This document shows positions 53,401-63,781 of a stretch of 64,000 nucleotides of DNA, one piece after another. Where the stretch lies: assembly GCA_040954595.2 (NCBI GenBank), contig CM082580.2:12290909-12354908 (forward strand), written 5' to 3'. How positions within the stretch are numbered: position 1 is the stretch's first letter; the number at the start of each line of letters is the position of its first letter. A program made the translations under genes and the position numbers. Source of the stretch: Balanoglossus misakiensis. Lineage: Eukaryota; Animalia; Hemichordata. Below the pieces are notes generated by a model. The model did no database searches. It was given only the letters and a program-made list of their open reading frames with translations, and was not told where the DNA came from.

Positions 53401-55403
53401 GTCACAGTTGGTGTAATCGTTTGCCCAGTCGAAACAACTGGGGTCAGCTGGTGTTGAAATGTAGAAACTTGGTCAGTTGGTGTTTCAGTTATACATGTTG
53501 ACCGTTTTATGAACAGGAAAAAGCAAAAATGCAGATTAAATGGCTGGGAGCTTTTGTCACGCATCTTCAAATGCTAATTAGACTTGTCCCAAGAGTATGT
53601 GGGCTAACTTACATCAGTACAAAAGATTCAGCATGTATTTTCATAACTCAAAAGTAACCAGAAATTTTCAAAAGAAGACGGTGGTATCGGAAAGGGGTGA
53701 GCGTTTGAGTGGCAAGGGTAGCATAGGGTGTACCAAACGTTGATAAACCTATGTTTATGGGAATGGCTACATACGGTCCGTGATGTTGAATTCACAGATG
53801 AATTTCAATCTCTTCGCACATCTTGAAGGGTACCACTGAAAGTTTGACTTGTTCCTGTAAAGAAATCATCTAGTTTTAAAATCATAGAAAATGGAAAACA
53901 AAATTCAAGATTATAAGATAGAAGTCAGTTGGGAGGTTCATATAGAGATAGTATTGTTATATTGCAAGTGAAAGAAAATATCAGACTATTACAGGTTGAC
54001 GATAGATAAATGTGTCATTGGAACACATGATCTCACCTTAATATCCCACAATCCTCTACTTCGTAGTTAAATCGTGCATCCGGTACCGTTTCCCAATTTT
54101 TGTAGCAAATTGGCGACTTCTGACCGGCATAGACCCAGCTTCCCTCGTCTTGCAAATCGGATATCCCTATCCACAGGTCTCTGTCTATGCCGAGGATCTC
54201 GAGGGCAGTCACAATCAGGTCTTGAGTGGCTTGGGTTTTGATTTCCACCAGGGCACCACCAACGTCTTGACAGTAGCTCTTGCCCTCCTCCCATCTCATT
54301 GGCTGTTTCATCAGTTCATATCTGGCGCACTCTGACGAAAATGACCTGGAGAGCTCTGATGTGAACAAACACACAAAAACAAACAAACAGAAATTTAGAA
54401 ATAAATATCAATTGCAGATGGCTCAGTTTTAGTCAAATTTCTGCAATTATATTACCTCAATCTTTCACGCACTGCCGAAAATAATGATGTTATAAGAAGC
54501 ACGAACTTGAAATATTACAAAAAAGATAGTTTACCTTCGCGGCAGGTACGGTCACAGTTGGACGCAGTGTCTTCATTCAAAATAACATCGTTTGCTTTAC
54601 AGACCTGTTGTAATGTATACGTAATATTCAATTTTCCGTTCATTCTTTTATTATGTTTTTTTTTTCACAACTACCAGACGTACATTGGGGAATTCTATGC
54701 CAGCTGTGGCAGCGCACTTTACTGAGCGGCATGGGCTGTCTCTTTTGTTGCAGTGTCCAGGGTCATATTGGGATCACTCCTTCGTACTTAAAAGGGTACG
54801 ACCGCTATCAATATGCGGTCGGAGTTTTTTCTTGGGTTCTCATTAAAATATATTATTTAGCTGCCATAATTATTTTTGTAGAATTTCTGACCAACCCAAT
54901 TTCGACATAATGTCACGGGTCTTTGCACGTCAGTAATTCATAAGGCAAAAGCAAGCTTATGGTAAAGTAAAGGAAAATACGTTGCCTTGGCACCGACCGG
55001 AGGGGTGGGGGCTATGCTTTTCAATCTGGACTACTGACGTCAACGGAAAATGACATTGAACAAAGTAGCATATTTAGACTATATTCAACTATATTGTTTG
55101 GCATTAACATTGCTGAAAGGGGGTAAATATTTTAGAGAAAGCGTTTGCTGTTCAATATTATATTTTATATGATTAATGCGACCGGTAATTGCGGTTCAAC
55201 CGTTTAATTATGTACAATACTTTCACCGTCTGGCTTTACGTGACTACAAGCGCGAAGAAAACCACGTGAGTGTATCAGCAGTTGTCTCGTGGAATTTGAC
55301 AAATAAGTAACACAAATATAGCATAAAAAATACATCTTGCCTGGATTGTCAAGGCGTACACCGTCGCCAAGATGACGAATCGTAGCCCAACATTCCCTTC
55401 CAT
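50473..55403 (-). CDS. Secreted mosaic protein, 839 aa: signal peptide - C-type lectin - LDLa - C-type lectin - LDLa x3 - seven EAR/EPTP repeats (TSPEAR/LGI-type beta-propeller)
   Basis: Exons 55403-55341 (MEGNVGLRFVILATVYALTIQ, GC donor), 54604-54535, 54355-54037 + 53854-53775 (CTLD1: WEEGKSYC..GGALV..WIGISD..CGILR..W..C..FICE), 53447-53277 (LDLa CIPRETLCDGVTDCLDRSDE), 53068-52753 + 52573-52494 (CTLD2, WDDVHC..ICQ), 52325-52113 (two LDLa), 51800-51675 (LDLa), 51554-50473 (7 repeats starting FxxxQ). Total 2520 nt with all phases consistent. AATAAA at 50145-50140. Confidence 0.85.
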
Positions 55404-55863
55404 ATGGTATCTGTATAGAACAGAAATTAGACCGTTTTGCTTGAGTAGACATAATGGTATAAAATCACATAAGTTTTAAGTGGTATAAGCGATGTTTTAT
55501 AGGGATGAAAAGTCAAATGGACCTACAGAGCTAAAAGAAACGGGCGAATCCTGTAGGCCTAACCGTGTCCATAATTTATTATAACGGATTTTCATTTGAC
55601 AGAACTTGTGCAATAAACGATGAATTAATATCGTTATGAATAGTGGAACAACCTGTTCCTCTCTATTGTCGACCTGTGATTGTTTTTTGATTATCGGGCT
55701 TCAAGATCGGTTGCAGAAAATGTTCCCACAACCTGTATAATTCTTTGGGCTGAGACTGTCCACCCCCAATGCGTACATTGTTTCTAGCAATATGGCGTAT
55801 ACGTCGGATTTCATGGCTATTTAGAGAGAATGAAAATGGATGGATGATATTTTCAACGCTTAC

Positions 55864-56082
55864 CGCTTTGATACTTTCCCTCTCGGTATGCCAATCTGTA
55901 GAATAATTCGCTTTGGAGTGGTAGCAATGATACCAAACCGGCGGAATTTAGATGGTTCTTGTTCTGCAGCTGCCGGCCTACTGGTGTCAAACCGAGCCAC
56001 CGATCGACGCCCGTGCGCTGTTGCTGGCATCGGTGATATAGAACAAAACTGACAGTTTTATTGTGTGGCCCAACTTTAAATA
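55864..56082 (-). promoter_or_regulatory. Core promoter (TATA-like + Inr) and first exon of the CTLD-LDLa-EAR gene
   Basis: Minus strand TATTTAAA at 56082-56075; Inr TCAGTT with A at 56050 (spacing ~32); donor CG|GTAAGC at 55864/55863; next acceptor tttctgttctatacag at 55411. Confidence 0.6.
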
Positions 56083-57350
56083 GATTCTCCTCCTACACCA
56101 ACGTTGATTTATTCGTCATAAGGCCATATGATTGAGAAATTTATCAGTGTTATTTGGCTATAGCCAGAGGTGATATAGTCGCATGGCTGTTGGAAAGTAG
56201 TATATAAATTTGTTTTACACAATTCCGGCATAAAGGGGTTTGGCAGCAAATAAGCATATTTTACAAGCTTGTTTCGATATCGTTTTGTGATGTTCTTCTT
56301 TCTCCTCCCATATTTTTGCAAATTCTGTCCGTGCATTGGACGGCAACTACTGTCAATAATTTTAGTAGTGTCATTGTTCGAGCAGTGATGAGGGACTATT
56401 TTATACGCTGGCATATCACACAACAATACGAACATCACAAAAGAAGCGATTATAGGAAATCCTAAATATGTAATGCTGGTTGTTGGATTGTCCAAATTGT
56501 ATGTCCTAAACAGTATGTTAGAAGAAGGATAAACTATACTAAGGCGGTTCATCATTTGTTTCAATAATACGGTTAGATTTTCCTGGTTGCCCAGCAGTGT
56601 TCATCAGACATATCACCACCTTAAAGTCCTGAATGGTATAAGAGAGAGCCTTCTGTATACTTTCTTAATACATTTTCTCTCTGTGATGTAAAATTCCGCT
56701 TTGGGCGGTCTACTTCTCTTCATTGCGCATTTCTCTTCGTTGCGTATTTGCTTGAAATGTGCACAATACACAAAACAGACACAAAACACACACCACTACC
56801 ACATGTTGTAGAGCGATTCCATCATAATCGCCGCAGGGTGTGTGTGTTTCGCTTGAGGCGATGGTTCAACACAGAAGATACTCCGTATTGATAAAATAAA
56901 CCAGGTACAATAAAATGGGTTAGTACAGGTAAACACGGATGTCCGTTTCTATAAATGGTCGACGTTCAATATGGAAATTATCCGTTTAAATAAAGACAGG
57001 AACATTTTAACTGGTACCTATCGCACACGCGACGCGACAAATGATCCACATCGCAAACGTAGTTGTGTTTATTCTTCACCTTATATTCTAGACTTTTTAT
57101 TCATTCGGAAAACATGGTAACCAGACGATCTTACTCATTGTTTGACAAGCAAATGATGTAATAGGCGAGATTATTTGATTGAATTGATAGTGCAATCGAT
57201 CACGTCCCTGGCGTAATTGATCAAAATCGAACAAAAAGTCTAGCGATGTGGTTGGAAGGAATGTGGAGGACGTGATTAATGTACATGCAGTTATGGCGTC
57301 ATGAATACGTGGAAACCGAGCAAGGCTTGGTTTGCTGCAGATAGTAATTT

Positions 57351-57424
57351 ATGGATGGATGAATGGATGGATGGATGGATGGATGGACGGACGGAGGGAG
57401 GGAGAGGGAGGGGGAGGGAGGGAG
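57351..57424. repeat. (GGAT)n/(GGAG)n purine-rich microsatellite between the divergent lectin genes
   Basis: atggatggatgaatggatggatggatggatggatggacggacggagggagggagagggagggggagggagggag. Confidence 0.9.
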
Positions 57425-58335
57425 CAGTGGATGGATATGGGTGTGTTGGTCTACTACCATGACTACAGTACACAGCATGTCAGATTGACCAAACATGTCT
57501 GTAATTCGCGGGGTTTCACAAATTTTCAGAACGGAAAATAATAAACAGATGACGCATTGTTTACGCAAGGACACAATCGCGCGCAGCATTACCACCTTAA
57601 TCCCTTGGAGAGTAACATTTGGCGCGTCAATTATTGGTGGACGGCGTGAGATGCCCCCGGATGGAGATACTAGTAGTCACAAATCAGCCATTTTGATTTA
57701 TTTTTTTAAATCAGCGTGAATACCGATCACGAGACAACGGTAAGTCTATTTTATTCGAATGAGTTTTACTGTAAAAAAATCTAAACAACGTAATAGCCCA
57801 AGCTAACTTAAATTTATAAACTTACACTTTTTTCTGGTCATTTGACCCGGGCAATTTTAATCGAATTTGAGGGCGAGATTTGCAATCGAAATTATGGCAC
57901 GCAGGTAACCCCGACAGATAGATGTCGCTATTATGCGGCCTTCAGTTCACAAACTCCCGTTTGAAGTAGTGGTGACACCAACCTTTCCATATACTACGTC
58001 AAACTTAACAAATTGGCGATACTAGCTGTACGCTCCACAGTTTAAAACGCGTATTGACATATACAATTTTAACATGACGAAATTTGCCTACGGCAGCTGT
58101 TACATATAGGACAATAAACCGGTTTGTCAACAATTAGGGTAGTCCAACTAAAGCACTGTCGAATGAGCACACCTGATATTGACTGCCTGAATTCATATTC
58201 TTTTTTTATGTATATGTGCATGACGTCAGACTTTGAAAATTTGATTGCACGGTTCCACGTGAGCCAAACTGTCCAAAGCAATGGCAATCCTTATAAATTT
58301 CGCTATCATCTTTTTTATTTTCATTGCAGAGAATC

Positions 58336-61300
58336 ATGAGGCTTTTACTCTGCATAATGATAGTGCTGCCTGCACTTGTTTATCAGTCCAGTGCAAAGAT
58401 TCGTTACAGGGTGAGTCTGTCGACCGGTTTTGTCTGGTTCTTAATCGGAAGGATTTTATTGGTTATTCCCAACAATGTGTCACTGCAAATCGAAGTGCTT
58501 TTATTCCACGAGCCCCTGTGTACTGGATACTCATAGTCATTGCATTCTTCTACTAGTCTTACAGTATCTAACGGTGTACTGAGCCAGAATATTCAGGACA
58601 AACGCGCATGTTGCACTATCTCCCCCACTGTTCATAGTACGGTCAACTCAACTGGACTGTTTATATTTATAAAGCCCAACTATTTTTATATAATTTAAAT
58701 AAATGCTTTCTTGTTTCTTAACAGTCTCTCAAGTCACAGAAAATAGGAAAACGCAGTAAGTGCAGATATCTTTTACCGACAAAAAATTATCCTCATTTGT
58801 CTCATCTCTACAATACATATGTATGTTATTGTGTGTGATTATTTCGATGCACATATTAGTTATGTTTATGTAGCCCTTACACCTAATGTCTTTCAGTGCC
58901 TGTTTTCAAGTTGATGTCGGACACTATTTTTAAAGGAATATGACGTTTTCTAATGGTTTTCAATTCTTGCTGTGTTTTAACTTCGTTCTTAGCCGAGTAC
59001 AGGAGACAATCCGACGAAGGAATCGACATCGCAGTCGTCATTGGCGACGAACTCTGGGAGAATGCCGAAACCTACTGCGAGGAACAAGGTGGCATTCTTC
59101 TGACCATTCCCGAAGAGGACTTGGAATTCGACATCGAGGAATATCTGGACGAGGACCACCTGGAAGAAGAGTTTTGGATCGGCGCAAACGATATTGCGCA
59201 GGAAGGCGCAGTGGTGTGGGCTGACGGCAGCAAGGTATTATGGGAGCCGGACGACGACGCTGAGAATGACAAGGATAAGAATTGCGTGGCACTCAGGTAA
59301 CTTTACCATTATGTTGAGTTAGTAGTTTACTTGGGACTACAGAGTTCCATTTCTCTTACGGCAAAATGGGTTGAATATGGTCGGCCAAACGAAACAAACG
59401 TAGTCAAAGCAATACCTGGAAATATCGTCAATTTGTAATCACACTTTCATGTATTTTAACACCTTCGTAGTATAAACTAGCTTAAACTTTTTAACCGAAT
59501 GTCGATCACATGTGTTCCTGGTTGCGTCGTAATCTCACTGGCTATTCTTTCCATTTCGTTCTCCGCGCCAGTCCTGAAGACGACGGCTCGTTCAGCTGGA
59601 AATTCCGTGACTGCAGCGAGGAGAAGAACTTTCTGTGCCAGATCCCAGGTAAGTCCCTGTGCCCGGTACGTCAGTTCTTTCACAACATCTTCAACAGCGA
59701 CGATTATATTTGCAATTTCATCAATCATCCTCGCAATACGTTCGTAGTTTTCAGTGACCAATTGCAGAGTCCAACATCTGAAGGATGTGTATTTCTTTCT
59801 TGAAGACTATGATACAGACATCCTCGATCCCGAAGAGAACCCGTGCTGTGACGCTCCTGACCCTGGCCAGTGTGAGGGCAGAATTCCGCGCTATTATTAC
59901 GACTGTAAGAAAAAAACGTGCGAGATATTCATGTGGGGAGGCTGTGATGAAGCTCTCAATAATTTCCCGACTGCTGAAGAGTGTGAATGGGTGTGTGCGG
60001 ATACAGGTATGCTTAATTGATGATCTTTAGTGAGGAAGGATGTTTAAACCTCATATTAGTTTGGATTTTGATGTAACTGTATCTGGTATAGAAAATACTC
60101 GCACAAGCCGACTGCATCGGATTAAAAAATAAATAAAAACAACATGTACCACGTCTTCACAATTGAACAGATGCGAAACCGGGTGAGTGTCCAGAGGTTG
60201 AAGACTTCGACTATTGTGAACCGGAGTGTGACTTTGACGGAGAGTGTGACGGGGACCTGAAATGCTGTGACAATGGCTGTGCCTACGTGTGCACTCAACC
60301 ACTAGCCAGAGGTCAGTGGCCACTTCGTGTCGTTTTGTCGCCGAGTATACAGTACATCGAACCAAATGTGAACATTTGAGATGATTCGGCCAATGCTGAG
60401 CCATGTTTAGTGTGAAAGTTGGACTGTGCACCGAGCAAAGAGTGAAATTGGCCAAAAACGCCGTGAAAATATGCAGCGCTCTCTAAAACTGTCCATATTA
60501 TCCCCACACACAGGTCCGTGCGATGATGGCAGTTTTCCTAAGAATTGTTCCGTCGATCCTTGCAGTGTTCTGACTTGTGAAACGGCCCCTAGAGACAAAG
60601 AGATCAGCTGCCGACCTAACCACTGCGGCGGGTGTCTCGCCGAGTTCTACGATGAAGACGATAACCTGATTGACTGCAAAAGTAAGTGATAGAATGTAGA
60701 GAAATAGACAAAGGCAGACAGAGAGACTGACAGACAGACAGACAGACTGACAGACGGACAGGCAGAGAGACAGACAGACAGACTGACTGACTGACAGGCG
60801 GACGGATGGACAGGCAGACTAACCGACACGATGGCCGGAAAACCAACCAAATTTTCAAGAAACAAATTCCATAAGAATATTACAAGCTAAATGTAACTCT
60901 TTTCCTGAACACTACGACTATTATATTGCAAATGTTTTGTTGTCATTTATCAGATTATTGCTGTTTCCCGCCCGACTCAGGCGAGGGCCAATCGAAGGAA
61001 GTCATGTGGTATTACGACTGCGAAAAGGGCGAATGCGAGGAGTTCGTTTACGCCGGCGCAGGAGGCAATGACAACTGCTTCAAGACTAAAGGGGAATGCC
61101 ACTTCGCCTGTGAACTTTGGAGTAAGAAATCATCTCACGCTTAGGGAGCTTTCGGTTATCATGAGGGGTTGGGCCGGGGGTGGGGACGGCCCATCATGTA
61201 AAGTGTGACCCCCCCCCCCGTTTCCCTAGGCCCACCCCTCATTATAAATGAAAGCTCCCTCACAGGCAATACGGTTTGGTGCGTGGGGATGAAATTAGTG

Positions 61301-61428
61301 AATCGACGTCTGTTGAACTCACGGCTAGTCACACAATCATGCGGAGTACTTTACAAACAATGACAAATGAGAAGAGAAATATTACTGAAACGTTTTAAGA
61401 TATTTTTTCCGTTTCTTTTGCAGATTAA
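58336..61428 (+). CDS. Secreted acidic mosaic protein, 389 aa: signal peptide - basic propeptide - C-type lectin - Kunitz - WAP - Cys-rich (DPC..CGGC) module - atypical Kunitz
   Basis: Exons 58336-58410 (MRLLLCIMIVLPALVYQSSAKIRYR), 58725-58755, 58993-59296 + 59572-59648 (CTLD: WENAETYC..GGIL..FWIGAND..WADGS..CVAL..W..RDC..FLCQ), 59806-60006 (Kunitz), 60171-60311 (WAP: KPGECP..C..C..C..KCC..GC..C), 60514-60681, 60954-61121 (Kunitz-like), 61424-61428 (stop). 1170 nt, all GT-AG and phase-consistent. Upstream non-coding exon donor at 57739/57740; ATTAAA at 61923. Confidence 0.87.
60706..60818. repeat. (GACA/GACT)n degenerate microsatellite in an intron
   Basis: gacaaaggcagacagagagactgacagacagacagacagactgacagacggacaggcagagagacagacagacagactgactgactgacaggcggacggatggacaggcaga. 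Confidence 0.9.
61144..61259. mobile_element. 116-bp MITE, PIF/Harbinger (Tourist)-like, in the last intron of the CTLD-Kunitz-WAP gene
   Basis: Left TIR gggagctttcggttatcatgaggggttgggcc. Right TIR reverse complement gggagctttcatttataatgaggggtgggcc. Flanked by TTA (61141-61143) and TCA (61260-61262), consistent with a decayed 3-bp TTA target duplication. Confidence 0.75.
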
Positions 61429-62082
61429 AACAGGTGGTGCCCGGATGTGGAGATTGGAATCTGGGCCTACAAGTTTTCATTTCTCCACGAAAGGAAGGTT
61501 ACTAGAGACATCACATCACCAACGATACAAAATAGAATCCGGCTTGAACTTCTATTTTGCCAAGTTTTAGTAGAGAGCAAGGACATATTCTTTGTGGGAC
61601 TGATTATTATAAGCTGCAGCTTGCTGGACCGAGCATTGAACTAGGCCTATATGCAAAATTAGTTATGATTTACCCATGTAAGACCATAAACGACCCTTGG
61701 GCTGGAATTCCTCGTAGGACGGAGCTTTAATAGTACATGTACTAGTATTACGTATTCACTATTAGCGATTACAGGTACTCAGTGTATAATATGCATCTCT
61801 GCTGTGCATATTGTTCAATTTGAAGTATATTATGGCTCAAATTCGTTTGGATAAGATCGATATTTCAAAGCATATTTCTGAAAGAAATTTTGTGAAAGTG
61901 TGTGTTGGAGACAATTGTGAATATTAAAGAGATTATTTACACAGATTTCGATCCACTTATGGCTATGAGCTTGGTGTGTTTTTTAAGTCAAGCATCAGTG
62001 TATTCTCGGACTATATTCAATACCCTATTAATCCGAAAACGAATCCCAACATATATTCATAGCTGACTTGGGGCGTCGAAAG

Positions 62083-62134
62083 GCGCCCTCTGTAGTCCAA
62101 ACAAAAACGACGCTCATGTGGTGGACACTTCCGG
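62083..62134 (+). promoter_or_regulatory. U1-C proximal promoter: CTCF-like and ETS (GABP/ELK)-type motifs
   Basis: gcgccctctgtagtc at 62083-62097 and acttccgg at 62127-62134, just upstream of the ATG at 62142. Confidence 0.4.
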
Positions 62135-62141
62135 GGGAATC

Positions 62142-63781
62142 ATGCCGAAGTAAGTGATCGTTTTACTATAAACCCTTATTTATTTGAGCCACCGATTGCA
62201 ATTCGGGTACAGTATGTAACTCAAATGCAATTTAGATTTAAATGATAGAAGATACTGTTGCCAGCCATCGACGCTGATCGTCAACATATAAACGGATCGC
62301 AGCACAAACAATGGTCACAACCACCGTCCCTCCAAACAAACGTACAAACAACGCTAGTCGTTTACAGACTATGTGTGACTGTACGATAAATATTTTGCTG
62401 TTGATCAATTGTGCTGTTGGTTGGGTTTTACTTTCTTTGGGCCGAGTGACTACGAGCTAAATTTCATTGAAAGGGGTTGCTAGAATGTTTACATTGGGAC
62501 GAATCATAGACAGTAGACTAGAGGTTAAATCAGTCCTATGGATTCACCTATTGATTGTGACCAAGGTGAATATCATATGTGACTAGTAGAACTAGCTGTA
62601 GCACTGTTTTGTTTGGTGAACACAACCAGTGAGATGTGTTTGACATAGCTTATCACTCTCATTAATTTTACCTTACCTATGTTTCCTTACAGATATTACT
62701 GTGATTACTGTGATACATATTTAACACATGATTCTGTAAGTCTTATCATTTTTAAGTATTTCAACTTCAAGCATTGTATTTTCTTTTAAAACAGCAGCCT
62801 CCTTTCTATTAGGGGTTGTATTTGGATGTCTGGTGTCATATCTTAAGAAATTCTCTCATATTTACGTGTTGCAGCCATCCGTCAGAAAAACTCACTGCCA
62901 GGGTAGGAAACACAAAGAAAATGTGAAAATCTATTATCAGAAATGGATGGAAGAGCAAGCACAGAATCTTATAGACCAAACAAGTAAGTTGTAATATAGT
63001 CACACTAGCATGGACTTTTTGCTATAGAGACAGACACACATGGGCACTCAGACAGTGTATTTGTGTGTGTCACATACATACATGATGTCCAGTTCCTGAA
63101 TCCAATTGCCTGCTGAGATTTTCACAAAATCAGAATGTAAAACACTATATAGAAATGGTAGCGTGGCATTCTTATCTACAGAACTGCATGGAGGCGATAG
63201 TAAATTTCTCTTTCTTTTCATTTTGCAGCTGCTGCATTCCAGGCTGGTAAAATAGCAAGCAATCCATTCCCAAATGCTGGTCCACCACCAAGGGGGGCAA
63301 TGATCCCTCCCCCGAATAACTATGGTCCACCTGGGGGACCTCCTCAACCGGGAGGCCCTCCGCCAGGACCAGGTGCACCCCCACCGCCGATAATGGGCCC
63401 TCCACCAATGATGATGCCACCTGGTAGGTCATTCTCATTTATCTTTTCCAGTTGGAAAATTTAGAGAATTGGGACACAAACGGCATAAATACAGTGGAAT
63501 AAAAATAAAAAAATTAGCCAAAAGTTACCTACAACTTCAGACTTGCATAGCTCTGCCATAATCTTGATGTATATGACCTTCAAGGCTGCATGTTAGTCAA
63601 TGCAAATGTTTCATTGTTCATTCCAACAGGTCAAAGACCGATGGGTCCCCCAGGCGCTCCCATGCCCATGATGCCAGGATTACCCATGATGCCACCCATG
63701 GGACCCGGTGGTCCCATGGGCCCACCCATGCCTATACCACCAAACCCAGGAAATGCACAGCCGATCCAAGACAAGAAATAA
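62142..63781 (+). CDS. SNRPC: U1 small nuclear ribonucleoprotein C, 168 aa, 5 exons
   Basis: Exons 62142-62149, 62693-62735, 62875-62983, 63229-63423, 63630-63781 (507 nt). Translation [62 protein letters not shown] (matrin-type zinc finger) followed by a Pro/Gly/Met-rich tail. Confidence 0.97.

Noticed and set aside
56109-56564. 151-aa minus ORF upstream of the lectin-EAR gene
   Set aside because: Non-ATG start in the track, AT-rich, lies upstream of the predicted TATA/Inr, and has no domain signal.
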